Assembly: GCA_037481775.1 (NCBI GenBank) | Contig: JBBFKZ010000001.1 | Coordinates: 32,001 to 96,000 of the forward strand | Source: Candidatus Bathyarchaeia archaeon | Lineage (GTDB): Archaea > Thermoproteota > Bathyarchaeia > Bathyarchaeales > Bathycorpusculaceae | Length of the DNA: 64,000 nucleotides | Direction of reading: 5' to 3' | Part shown: piece by piece, positions 18,439 to 28,135 of the stretch | How the letters are laid out: each line of letters opens with the position of its first letter | Numbering within the stretch: the stretch's first letter is position 1 | Position numbers and translations under genes: made by a program | Notes under the pieces: generated by a model | Database searches by the model: none | Told to the model about the DNA's origin: nothing | What the model saw: only the letters and a program-made list of their open reading frames with translations

Positions 18439-19677
18439 ATGAAGCAACCCGCTATTTCATCGTTGATTCTAATATTGTTAATTGTAGCGGCGTTGTTCTT
18501 TGTTTCATACTCCATGTCAAGTAACAACAAAAAGGAGCCAGAGGGCTTCTATTTGGGAGTTGCCTTCTGTGGCAATACCACAGCGGAAGCTAAACTGTTA
18601 ATAGATAAGGTAAAGGGATACACGAATCTTTTTGTTCTGCAATCCTGGCCCATAAGCAACAACGAAACCGCTGCAACAGAAATCTGCGATTACGCTGTGG
18701 CTTCGGGGCTCAATATTATTGTTAATTTCGGCATAAATTGGAGCTACAGCAGAGTTTGGACATGGCAGTTTCCTTGGCTTGAAGCAGCCAAACAACGATA
18801 CGGCACCCGATTCCTAGGGGCATATTACGATGACGAACCAGCTGGAAACCAGCTTGACTACAACTGGTTTAACTTCTTCCTCAAATATTCAAGCTATTTC
18901 AAAGAAAACCCGCATAAAAGTCTTCTTCACGAGATTTTTGCGGATTTGGAAGATAAAATGGCGAATGTCACCATGCATGAACCAAAGGACTATGACACTG
19001 AAGCAGCATGGTTTCAAATGCTTTTTGAGAACAATAATGGTCTCCAATCTTTAAGGAAGGCGGGAATTAGAACGTTTACCTCAGACTATGTTCTTTACTG
19101 GTTTGACTACTTAGGAGGGTATGACGTTATGCTTGCCCAGTTCGGCTGGAACAACAGCTACATCCAAGACATAGCGCTTGTTAGAGGCGCCGCGCGAATG
19201 CAGGACAAATCATGGGGCGCAATAATCACATGGAAATATACTGAGCCTCCCTACTTGGACAGCGGTGAAGAAATCTACCGCCAAATGCATGCAGCCTACG
19301 AAGCAGGCGCCGAGTACGTGGTAATATTTAATTATCCGCAGATTGAAGAGAACCCATATGGCGCACTTAAAAGTGAACATTTTGAAGCACTGCAGAAACT
19401 ATGGGATGAAGCAACACAGAAGCCCAGAAATGCAGATGCCGGACAAGCAGAGGCGGTGCTTGTTTTGCCAAGGAACTACGGGTGGGGAATGCGGCATCCT
19501 GAAGATTGGATCTGGGGTTTCTGGGGGCCAGACGCGAAATCTCAGCTGATATGGGAAGTCTCTCGCAAACTCATTTCACAGTATGGCACACGCTTAGACA
19601 TAGTCTATGATGACCCTGAATTTCCTGTAGAAGGGAAATATCCGCTAATTTACTATTGGAACCAAACAGTACAATGA
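18439..19677 (+). CDS. Membrane-anchored extracellular protein, possibly a glycoside-hydrolase-like TIM barrel
   Basis: N-terminal TM, FLGAYYDDEP motif and very high W/Y content. Confidence 0.6.
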   Translation: MKQPAISSLILILLIVAALFFVSYSMSSNNKKEPEGFYLGVAFCGNTTAEAKLLIDKVKGYTNLFVLQSWPISNNETAATEICDYAVASGLNIIVNFGINWSYSRVWTWQFPWLEAAKQRYGTRFLGAYYDDEPAGNQLDYNWFNFFLKYSSYFKENPHKSLLHEIFADLEDKMANVTMHEPKDYDTEAAWFQMLFENNNGLQSLRKAGIRTFTSDYVLYWFDYLGGYDVMLAQFGWNNSYIQDIALVRGAARMQDKSWGAIITWKYTEPPYLDSGEEIYRQMHAAYEAGAEYVVIFNYPQIEENPYGALKSEHFEALQKLWDEATQKPRNADAGQAEAVLVLPRNYGWGMRHPEDWIWGFWGPDAKSQLIWEVSRKLISQYGTRLDIVYDDPEFPVEGKYPLIYYWNQTVQ

Positions 19678-19765
19678 AGGCGACTGGGGTTTAATGCTGC
19701 TTTCAGTGTTTTCTACAGGAGCGCCTTCTAATAAAGCTTATAAAATACAGTGTGGCAGAGGCGGG

Positions 19766-20836
19766 TTATTCTTTGCTCAGTAGGTAGGGTCCATTTGTGA
19801 GCTTCTGCACGCCGTCTTCGCGCAGTAGCACTGTGTCTTCTATGCGGATTCCGCCGTAGCCCACAAGGTATATGCCGGGCTCAACCGTGAAAACATTGCC
19901 AGTAACCAGCACTTCTTTGCTGTAAGGACCCAAAATAGGCGGCTCGTGCACTTCCAAGCCTACACCGTGGCCAAGGTTATGCACGAACTGCTCGCTGTAG
20001 CCGGCATCTGCAATTATTTTCCTCGCAGCGGCATCTACAGCCTTAGCTTTAACGTTAGGCTTTACAGCCTCAAGCGCTGCATCCTGCGCCTTTTTCACGA
20101 CATCGTGAAGCTTCTTCTGCCTGTCCGAGGGGCCCCCAGCCACTAAGGTTCGCGTCATATCAGAGTGATAATATTTGTAAGTGGCGCCCACATCCACAAC
20201 CACTAAATCGCCCTTGCGGATTTTCCTATCAGAGCATCCACCATGAGGGAAAGCGGAATAAGGGCCAGAAGCAACTATCGTCTCAAACGCTGTGCCATAA
20301 GAGCCCTTCTTTCGCATTGCGTACTCGATTTCAGCTGCTACTTCATACTCTTTCATGCCAGGCGCTACTGTCTCGTAAGCCACGCGCATGCCTTCGCTTG
20401 TCAGCTCTGCAGCTTTGCACATAAGCTCGATTTCTTGCGCGTTTTTAACTTTGCGAAGCTCAGAGACAAGGTTGCCTTGAATTTTAAGCTTTGTTGAGCC
20501 TCGAACTTTTCTGGCAAGTACACGCCAACTCTCTATGCTTGAGGCGTCTACAGCAAGGTTTTGAATCTTGAGCTCCTTTACTTGTTTAGCAATTCTCTCC
20601 AACAAGCTGCCACTGCGTTTCACGGGTTCGACTTTGAAGGTTTTTCCTTCAGCTTTCGCCTGCTCATAGTTAACATTATAGACGTATAGGGTAGGTGTTC
20701 CTTCCCTGGGAATTAGCAGTGCACTTGCGCCGGAGAAACCTGTGAAGTAAATCAGGTTGGCGTGATTAAAAATTAGGAAACCGTCAAATCCGCCCTCTTT
20801 AAAGGCTGCTTGTTTTAGAGAAGCAATTCTGTCCAA
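19766..20836 (-). CDS. pepQ: Xaa-Pro aminopeptidase/prolidase (M24B)
   Basis: DVGA...SDMTRT, HNLGHGVGLEVHE, TVEPG and GIRIED. Confidence 0.93.
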   Translation of the reverse strand: MDRIASLKQAAFKEGGFDGFLIFNHANLIYFTGFSGASALLIPREGTPTLYVYNVNYEQAKAEGKTFKVEPVKRSGSLLERIAKQVKELKIQNLAVDASSIESWRVLARKVRGSTKLKIQGNLVSELRKVKNAQEIELMCKAAELTSEGMRVAYETVAPGMKEYEVAAEIEYAMRKKGSYGTAFETIVASGPYSAFPHGGCSDRKIRKGDLVVVDVGATYKYYHSDMTRTLVAGGPSDRQKKLHDVVKKAQDAALEAVKPNVKAKAVDAAARKIIADAGYSEQFVHNLGHGVGLEVHEPPILGPYSKEVLVTGNVFTVEPGIYLVGYGGIRIEDTVLLREDGVQKLTNGPYLLSKE

Positions 20837-20884
20837 AGCATTCGCCTTGAAAGAATATTTGGCTAATAGGTTTAATGTTTTTGC

Positions 20885-21175
20885 TTAGCCGCCAGTGACT
20901 ACGGGCATTAAAACGACGCGGTCTCCGTCTTTAAGTTTAGTTTCTATGCCATCAAGCTGGTTAAGCAGTAAGCCGTTGACGGATAGAATGTGGTGAGATT
21001 TTAAGTCAAGGCCTTTAGGTTCATAAACAGCTTTCTGGAAGGGTTCGCCATACTTTTCAGCAAGCAGAGTAAGCAGATCACGTACTGAGGCGCCGTCTTT
21101 AAGTTCAACTTGGTCGGCCTGTTTCAGACCTAATATTTGTTTGATGCTGCCTAAATAGTCAACTGTAACTTTCAC
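20885..21175 (-). CDS. moaD: MoaD/ThiS/SAMP ubiquitin-like sulfur carrier
   Basis: Beta-grasp pattern, LKDGDRV and C-terminal GG. Divergent from aor. Confidence 0.88.
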   Translation of the reverse strand: MKVTVDYLGSIKQILGLKQADQVELKDGASVRDLLTLLAEKYGEPFQKAVYEPKGLDLKSHHILSVNGLLLNQLDGIETKLKDGDRVVLMPVVTGG

Positions 21176-21401
21176 GGGTAACCCCTCCGAACAAGCAAGT
21201 ATTACAAGTGCTGAAAATGTTATATAATCGTTTCTTAATCAGAACAAGCTACGCAACATGCATTTAGCCTGAAAGCTGTTTATGCTGAAATCCCCATGTT
21301 TGATGAGATTATAACATCTATTTTCAGCAAGGTAAGCCATTAGATTAATATACTTTCTATTGACGCATATACGCCTATAAAACTATGGAGAAAGAATTAA
21401 A

Positions 21402-23264
21402 ATGTTCGCTTACGCAGGAAAAATTTTGCGTGTTGATCTAACTACTGGTAAAGTTTCTACCGAACCCTTAAGCGAAGAACTGGCGAAGAACTACATTGGC
21501 GGCATAGGACTCGGCATCCGCTTATTAATGGATAACTCAAAGCCGGGCACCGATCCGTTCAGCCCAGACAACCCGCTCATTTACCTCACTGGCCCCCTCA
21601 GTGGCACAATGGGACCCACTGCCGGAAACGGCTACGCAGTCGTTTCAAAATCACCTGCAACTGGCGGTGTAGGCGAGGCCAAAGCGCATGGCTTTTTCGG
21701 TGCTGAACTCAAACGGGCAGGCTATGACGCAGTCATCATCACCGGTAAGGCGGATAAGTTATCCTACTTGTGGATTGACGATGACAAAGTCGAATTGAGG
21801 AACGCGGAGCACTTGAGAGGAAAGTCGCCATACCAAACAGACGTAGCAATCAAAGAAGAGCTCGGCGATTATTACATTCGAGTCTCAGCAATCGGTGAAG
21901 CCGGTGAGAAACTAAGTCGCATCGCTTGCATAATAAACGATGAATTCCGCGCCATTGGAAGGACAGGTTTGGGCGCTGTTATGGGCTCAAAGAACCTGAA
22001 GGCGGTAGCAGTAAGAGGGACACATGATGTCAACGTAGCCAACTTGGAGGGCTTCAAAGAATTCGTTAAGATGATACATGAACGCATGAAGGGTCCAGCA
22101 ACAAAGAAGTATAAGACGCTTGGAACCCCGGAGAATGTGCTAGTTTTGAATTCGCTCTCTGCTTTGGCGACGAGAAACTTTACTAACGCCCAGTTTGAAG
22201 GCGCTGAAAAAGTAAGCGGTGAATACTTGAATGAGCATTACGTTAAGAAGATTGTGGGCTGCGCAACCTGTGGCATGCGCTGCGATCACATCGCTGCAGT
22301 ATCAGAAGGCCCATATAAAGGCGCAATTTCAAGATTAGAGTTTGAATGTTTATGGTCTATGGGCCCGTTATGCGGCATCGACCGACTTGACGCGATAATA
22401 GAGGCGATGCGCATTGTGAATGAATACGGTATGGACGGCATATCAATCGGTGTAGTCGTTGCCTTTGCCATGGATTGCTACGAGCACGGCGTATTAACAA
22501 AGGAGCAAACAGAAGGAATAGATCTTCGTTTCGGAAACGCTGAAGCACTAATTGCAATTATTCATAAAATAGGTAAACGCGAAGGATGGCTTGGAAATGC
22601 ACTTGCCGAAGGTGTAGCCAGAGCCGCTGAAATAATCGGTGGAGACGCCTATAAATACGCTAATCACATCAAAGGCTTGGAGTTACCAGGCTACGATTTG
22701 CGGACATTGAAGACGGCGGCGCTTGGTTTCAGTGTTTCGTTCCGCGGTGCTTGCCATCTTAGAAACGGAGCCTACGCGCCTGACGTTAAGGGAAAAGTGA
22801 ACCGCTTCAAGATTGAGAAAGGAAGAGGCAAGATGATTGTGGGCGATGGAAACTTGTATAACATTATTGACTCGCTAATAGTCTGCAAGTTCTCAAGAGG
22901 CACATATTACGATGGCTTGAAGGATTTAGCGAATTATTACACTTTAGCCACAGGAATTCCGATGACTGCTGAAGAGCTTGATAAAGCCGGCGAAAGAATC
23001 GAAAACCTCGCAAGGCTCTTTAACATCCGCGAAGGCAAAGGCACAAGAAAATACGATACGCTACCATGGAAAATAATGAATATCCCCGTGCCCGACGAGG
23101 GACCTGCAAAAGGCGCTGTTGTCAACGAAGAAGAGTTCCAGCTTGGTCTAGACGACTATTACGAAGCACGAGGTTGGACTAAGGATGGCATACCCACCGT
23201 TGAGAAACTCAACGAACTAGGTCTTGGCGAATACGCCTACATAGTGCAAGGAGGCAAAGCCTAA
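21402..23264 (+). CDS. aor: Tungsten-dependent aldehyde:ferredoxin oxidoreductase family protein
   Basis: YAGKILRVDL, KSPATG, GRTGLGAVMGSKNLKA, CxxC-xxx-C, KGLELPGYD, RGACH and YYEARGW..DG.P. Confidence 0.95.
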   Translation: MFAYAGKILRVDLTTGKVSTEPLSEELAKNYIGGIGLGIRLLMDNSKPGTDPFSPDNPLIYLTGPLSGTMGPTAGNGYAVVSKSPATGGVGEAKAHGFFGAELKRAGYDAVIITGKADKLSYLWIDDDKVELRNAEHLRGKSPYQTDVAIKEELGDYYIRVSAIGEAGEKLSRIACIINDEFRAIGRTGLGAVMGSKNLKAVAVRGTHDVNVANLEGFKEFVKMIHERMKGPATKKYKTLGTPENVLVLNSLSALATRNFTNAQFEGAEKVSGEYLNEHYVKKIVGCATCGMRCDHIAAVSEGPYKGAISRLEFECLWSMGPLCGIDRLDAIIEAMRIVNEYGMDGISIGVVVAFAMDCYEHGVLTKEQTEGIDLRFGNAEALIAIIHKIGKREGWLGNALAEGVARAAEIIGGDAYKYANHIKGLELPGYDLRTLKTAALGFSVSFRGACHLRNGAYAPDVKGKVNRFKIEKGRGKMIVGDGNLYNIIDSLIVCKFSRGTYYDGLKDLANYYTLATGIPMTAEELDKAGERIENLARLFNIREGKGTRKYDTLPWKIMNIPVPDEGPAKGAVVNEEEFQLGLDDYYEARGWTKDGIPTVEKLNELGLGEYAYIVQGGKA

Positions 23265-23776
23265 TGGTAAGACCGCAAGACAGAAAATTCGTCACCGCAG
23301 ACCCAGAAAAGTGCATAGGCTGCACAGTATGCGAATACGCATGCTCAATGACGAAGGAGAAAACATATAACCCAACAAAGTCAAGGATCCGCGCCCTCCG
23401 CCTTGGTCCACTCGTAAATCTAGCCATTACTTGCAGACACTGCGAAGATCCAGCATGTGTAGCCGCTTGCCCACGTAATGCACTTTCTCAGGAAGAGAAC
23501 ACAGGCATAATCATAGTCGACGCAGAAGCATGCGACGGCTGTGCTTGGTGCATTAGCGCTTGCCAATTCGGCGCCATGATGATGCACCCAGAGAAGAAGG
23601 TCGTGTTTACTTGCGACAGCTGCAAAAATGAGCCAGATGGTCCACAATGTGTGAAATGGTGCCCTGAAGAAGCCTTAACATTTGTCACAAGCGATGTGCT
23701 GGCGCAGAAGGCAAGAATCAGCGCTGTGAAGAACCTCTTCCAAGAAGCCAAAGAGAAAAAAGCAGAAAGCAAATAA
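23264..23776 (+). CDS. 4Fe-4S dicluster (four-cluster) ferredoxin subunit of AOR
   Basis: Four CxxCxx(x)CxxxC(P)-type motifs. Start overlaps the aor stop. Confidence 0.92.
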   Translation: MVRPQDRKFVTADPEKCIGCTVCEYACSMTKEKTYNPTKSRIRALRLGPLVNLAITCRHCEDPACVAACPRNALSQEENTGIIIVDAEACDGCAWCISACQFGAMMMHPEKKVVFTCDSCKNEPDGPQCVKWCPEEALTFVTSDVLAQKARISAVKNLFQEAKEKKAESK

Positions 23777-23882
23777 ACACAATCGCCAATAGATTTCGGC
23801 TACAGCCGCTATTGGCGCATCCATTTATTTTATCCACTTTAACAAAGACGTTTATCTCTTGTTAACCATTTCACGGAGAAAA

Positions 23883-24923
23883 CTATTTTTCATCATATAC
23901 AACCTTGATCACAACATCAGACATCTCAACTTGGCGTAATTTCTCAAAAAATATTTCAGTTTCCTGCTGAGTCATAACTGGAAAACCATAGTGCTTGCTT
24001 TTGTATCCCAAGTCGCCATGAGTCACAGTTCTTTGCCTTACAAAATCCATATGCAGTCTTAATCGCTCCCTTATCCTCTGATTTGCAAAATTAACTATAC
24101 TACGAAAGCGGTTAAAGATATGCGGCTTGAAATTAGGATCGATTTCAAAGCCTATACTATTTCTACCTGCCGCCATAGCTGCAACTATAGTGGTTCCAGT
24201 GCCCAAAAACGGATCTAAAACCGTGTCGCCCTTTATTGAGTACATGTTTATCAACCGATAAGGCAGTTCAAAGGGGAAAGCGCCACTCCTGTTTCGAATA
24301 GCCACGTCAACAGTGTTTTGCTTTGCCCCCTTCAAATCTTTCCAAACGTCGGAAAACCATTCGTTTCGTTCCTCCCAGAAGAAAGCACTTTCCCGCCGCC
24401 TCCGCTTTTCATCAGGATCGCTGAATTCACGCTGCTTGCCTTTTCTAAGAATTAAGATGAATTCGTGTTCTAAAGTAACATATGCCCCGGCAGGCAACAT
24501 ACCTGAACCCATAAACTTGTTCGGGGCGTTCGTCTGCTTTCTCCACAGAATCTCAGGCAACGGCTTGAAACCCAACTTCAAGCAATAACTCAGAATCCTA
24601 GAATGGTTCGAGTACAGTGTGAACTCACTACCAATTCTTCTGGCGGCGTCGCCTATGTTGATGCATGCGAAACCGCCGTTTTTCAACACTCGATAGACCT
24701 GCGCCCATACCCTGTCAAGTTCCCTATGCATCAGCTCAAAGGCGCCTAGGCCATCGCCTTGTTTAAGTAACTCGCCAATCACAGAATTCGGCGCAGAGAA
24801 AATGTCATCCCATATCGCAATCATCGGGTAAGGCGGAGAAGTAACCATCAAATCTACCGATTCATCAGGAACTTCGATCATTTCCTGCGAATTCTTAAAC
24901 AACACTCTATGAAACGTCTGCAC
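23883..24923 (-). CDS. Beta-class site-specific DNA methyltransferase (N4-C type, Zim/M.MthZI-like), orphan
   Basis: TSPPYPMI..WD precedes DPFLGTGTT. Also NKFMGSGMLP..AYVTLEHE and SAFFWEERN.WFSD. Probable GTG start at 24923 (ORF open to 25022). Confidence 0.85.
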   Translation of the reverse strand: MQTFHRVLFKNSQEMIEVPDESVDLMVTSPPYPMIAIWDDIFSAPNSVIGELLKQGDGLGAFELMHRELDRVWAQVYRVLKNGGFACINIGDAARRIGSEFTLYSNHSRILSYCLKLGFKPLPEILWRKQTNAPNKFMGSGMLPAGAYVTLEHEFILILRKGKQREFSDPDEKRRRRESAFFWEERNEWFSDVWKDLKGAKQNTVDVAIRNRSGAFPFELPYRLINMYSIKGDTVLDPFLGTGTTIVAAMAAGRNSIGFEIDPNFKPHIFNRFRSIVNFANQRIRERLRLHMDFVRQRTVTHGDLGYKSKHYGFPVMTQQETEIFFEKLRQVEMSDVVIKVVYDEK

Positions 24924-25222
24924 CGCACATTTCCCACTAATATTCACCAATTTTGAATATAAATTCGCCATCTTGCCGCGCACTGTGCTCACTAAAACAA
25001 AAAAGGGATTTGCGCGCTTCATATTTGGCGCATATTAGCAATTCAATGCAGAAACCTATAGAGGGGCTATCACGGCAACAGAAAACCAACAACACCGAGA
25101 GCCCTTTTTATGTTTAAAGAAAAAGAATGCTAAACTACAGCAGAGCACCAGGCTGTGGCGAAGCATGGAATATGATCAAAGGCATGAGTGAAATATGGAG
25201 CCAACTTGTTTTTACGAGAATT

Positions 25223-25576
25223 CTAGCTGTATTCTCTGAAGGTGTAACTGCATTTTGTACAACGCAGAAACTGAGTTGACGATTCGTCAGCGCCTCTTGT
25301 CTGCACTTGCCACACATAAGCCACGTTATTTCCACATTTAGGGCATTCAACGCGGACCGTGGGCAAAGTCCGCAATTTCTGTTCTTCTTTACTGATCACG
25401 GCAACAAACTGTTGTGGATCATGCTGAATCACTTTGGCGATTTTAGGCTCAACCGTAGCGTTTGCCTCTTGCTTTTTGTAGCCACATTTGGCGCAGACAA
25501 GCATCAAGGTAGCTTCTTTACCTTTCTTGCCTTTTTTAAGTTCAAGACGAGAACCGCATTTCGGGCAGAATTCCAT
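25223..25576 (-). CDS. tfs: Transcription factor S (TFS)
   Basis: Two zinc ribbons (FCPKCG; CPKCG...CTKC) and the QTRGADE acidic hairpin. Confidence 0.93.
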   Translation of the reverse strand: MEFCPKCGSRLELKKGKKGKEATLMLVCAKCGYKKQEANATVEPKIAKVIQHDPQQFVAVISKEEQKLRTLPTVRVECPKCGNNVAYVWQVQTRGADESSTQFLRCTKCSYTFREYS

Positions 25577-25648
25577 TACTTGTTACCTCGTTATCCGTTT
25601 TGGATTCCCTCTGCTTTGTCTCTTTTAAACTTTTTCCATTTTTACGAC

Positions 25649-26329
25649 TCAGAGAGGACCTATGCAGGAGGCTATAAGGTGCGCAACACGCAGAGGCTCA
25701 GGAATATTACTTCTAGTAGAAGTTAACCGCACAATTCTCTGGGCATCCTCCTTCGAGATACCGACCGCTTGCATGTAAATTTTCGCTTTGGCGCTTCTAG
25801 TGAAAACCTCAACAGGTTCACCAGCGTTAAGAATCGCCGCCCAACGCTCTTCACTGCACGTAAGGTTTTGAAGCGCATTATGTATGTCTGCGAAATTGGG
25901 TTTTTCACGCGTCACCGTTATAACGGGCAGCTTTATCATCAAATTAAGCGCCTTAAGATCCACTATGTTGAAGCCGGCAAACGTTACGCCATTCAACATT
26001 ACCACGCGCAACTGCTTATAGTGAGGGGAAGCAGTTATCATAGAAGCGATCTTTTCAGTAGCGTCAAAACCATCTATTTCTATTTTAGTGAACATAACGC
26101 CATCAAGCCAGTAGCCTCCTCTGAAAACAGCACCTATAACTGGAACTTGCCCCTTGGCATGCGGAACAAAGGGACCATCATCTACGCCGAGAACGCGAAT
26201 TTCAGGTTTAATGACGCGAAATCGTCTCTGTTTTAAAATTTCTTCACTTGACAAGTTAGTTGCCATGTATAAAGAAAGCATGCTATAAGCTTTAGTGCGC
26301 GAACATCTTGTTGCCAACGCTACTGACAC
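25649..26329 (-). CDS. DUF99 family (endonuclease V-like) protein
   Basis: RVLGVDDGPF, DGFDAT, GVTFAGFNIVD and PEPLRVAHLIA. The true start is likely downstream of 26329. Confidence 0.88.
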   Translation of the reverse strand: MSVALATRCSRTKAYSMLSLYMATNLSSEEILKQRRFRVIKPEIRVLGVDDGPFVPHAKGQVPVIGAVFRGGYWLDGVMFTKIEIDGFDATEKIASMITASPHYKQLRVVMLNGVTFAGFNIVDLKALNLMIKLPVITVTREKPNFADIHNALQNLTCSEERWAAILNAGEPVEVFTRSAKAKIYMQAVGISKEDAQRIVRLTSTRSNIPEPLRVAHLIASCIGPL

Positions 26330-26353
26330 AACAAAAAGACGCGGATTGAAAAT

Positions 26354-26641
26354 TTATTCCTTAAGAGCTTTGCTCAGAGCTTTACGGAAAGCTTCGTTCG
26401 CTTCGCGGGCTTTCTCTACAGCCATGACGAGCACATCTTCTGGTTTTACATTGCCCTTTGTTCTAACGTAAATCACAGGGTTTGACGCAAGAGGATGCGG
26501 TACATCATAACCAGCCAAATCCACCCGCTCATCTTCCAAAAGCTTCTTCTGCAGCAAGTTGCAGAGACCATGCCCTGCACCTTCAACTTCTATTTTAAGC
26601 TCGCTCCCCGTTTTCTTTAACACTTTAATTTTCAATTTCAT
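26354..26641 (-). CDS. rpoL: RNA polymerase subunit L (Rpo11)
   Basis: EGAGHGLCNLL and AGYDVPHPL. Confidence 0.93.
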   Translation of the reverse strand: MKLKIKVLKKTGSELKIEVEGAGHGLCNLLQKKLLEDERVDLAGYDVPHPLASNPVIYVRTKGNVKPEDVLVMAVEKAREANEAFRKALSKALKE

Positions 26642-26656
26642 GCCTCCTTTTTTCAG

Positions 26657-27238
26657 CTACACATCAGTTTTTCCGTAATCTAAAGCAATCTTGCGCTTTT
26701 CCACATTACCACACTTTTGGCACATCATCTCATGCCGCTTGGGCTCCAGAAGGCTGGAGCAACGCGAGCAAAAAGCGTAAACTACACCCAAGTTTTTATC
26801 TTTAGTGGAAAGATGATAAATTTGGTTTTTGTCACTTATGACTTTCGCCCGTATGATGTCGCCTGGTTTGCACACGTCATTCATGGATTTAACATATTTT
26901 TCCGCCACATCGGAAATATGGAGAATACCTGTAAAAACGCCTGAAAGCTTTTTTGAGCCAATCTTGAAGATTCTGACAAGAACATTATCAGACTGCGCAT
27001 TGCAAACTTGCCCAATAACAGTGGCGCTAACCTTTGGAACTGTTACTTCGTTGGATAACGGGTAGACAGAAACCCGCTTGCTTATTAAATCCATCAATGC
27101 GCGACCAACAAGCTTGGAATAAATGATGCCGTCTTTCACGTATGTTCCAGAATCTGGAATGAACTCTTCAATTACGCCCAAGCGCTCGCCAGGTAACACT
27201 AAATTGCCGCTTTTACGTTCAGATGATTTCAAACTCAT
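26657..27238 (-). CDS. csl4: Exosome RNA-binding subunit Csl4
   Basis: VLPGERLGVIEEF, S1 domain (GDIIRAKV) and C-terminal zinc ribbon with EKRK. Confidence 0.94.
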   Translation of the reverse strand: MSLKSSERKSGNLVLPGERLGVIEEFIPDSGTYVKDGIIYSKLVGRALMDLISKRVSVYPLSNEVTVPKVSATVIGQVCNAQSDNVLVRIFKIGSKKLSGVFTGILHISDVAEKYVKSMNDVCKPGDIIRAKVISDKNQIYHLSTKDKNLGVVYAFCSRCSSLLEPKRHEMMCQKCGNVEKRKIALDYGKTDV

Positions 27239-27442
27239 TTAATTTCCCTTTGCCGTGAAATGATAAGCAATACTAAACCATTTTTTTGATGGGTATATCC
27301 TAAATTTCTAAGCTTATCAATAAACCTTTTGATTAAAAAAAGAAAGAGTTGCCTGGAGCATTGTAACACATTGCAGGTTAATTGTGTAGTTTTTGGGAAA
27401 AAAGAGCACAAAACCAAACTAGAATCCTTCAGCAACCTTGGT

Positions 27443-28135
27443 TCATTTTTTCCTTATTATATACAAGTCGACGATAATTTCGCTTCTTGCCTTAGTGTGG
27501 AAGTCAAACATGCGCGGAATAGACAAAAGCATCGCGTAAACCGCTTCGATTACGCCACCATGCTCCTTCACGAATTTCGCAATAAACGGCGAAGCCTCAA
27601 CCGTTAGCAAGCCAACCTTCCTGAGCCGTTTAGCAAGGGTTTCATCAGTAAATGGATGATTGTGAAGCGAGTACACGGCGCTGGCAACTTGCAAGGCTTT
27701 TTCTAAGAAAACTCTGTCAGCACCGCGTTTTTGCACGCCGAAAGGCGGATTCTGAAGAACTGTGTCAAACTTTCCATTAACTGCATTGACGTCGCTTACA
27801 ATCCAGTCCACTTTAGTTTTGAAATTCAATCTCGCCGAGTTTTCCGCTGCAAGTTTAACTGCTGACTTGTCAATGTCAACGCCCACAGCTGACTCAGCAC
27901 CCAGAAAAACACAACCCAAAGCAAGGCGGCCAGTGCCGCAACCCAAGTCTAAAACCCGTTTACCTAAGATGTCATCATAAGTGTATGCCGCCAAATGCAG
28001 CATTGTCGCCGCCACAGATTCCGATGTTGTATACTGCTCCAAACGCACGCTTGGCGAAGGATGCGGCTTAACTTGAGACAGAAACCGTTCCAAGTCTAGT
28101 TTTCGAACAAGCCTTTTTTGAGTAGGTTCTCCCAT
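27443..28135 (-). CDS. METTL5-family N6-adenine RNA methyltransferase
   Basis: LEQYTT, DLGCGTG and NPPFG. Confidence 0.9.
   Translation of the reverse strand: MGEPTQKRLVRKLDLERFLSQVKPHPSPSVRLEQYTTSESVAATMLHLAAYTYDDILGKRVLDLGCGTGRLALGCVFLGAESAVGVDIDKSAVKLAAENSARLNFKTKVDWIVSDVNAVNGKFDTVLQNPPFGVQKRGADRVFLEKALQVASAVYSLHNHPFTDETLAKRLRKVGLLTVEASPFIAKFVKEHGGVIEAVYAMLLSIPRMFDFHTKARSEIIVDLYIIRKK

Noticed and set aside
27235-27607. Short ORFs between csl4 and the METTL5 gene
   Set aside because: They lie in AT-rich promoter-like DNA or antisense to METTL5 and have no recognisable coding features.
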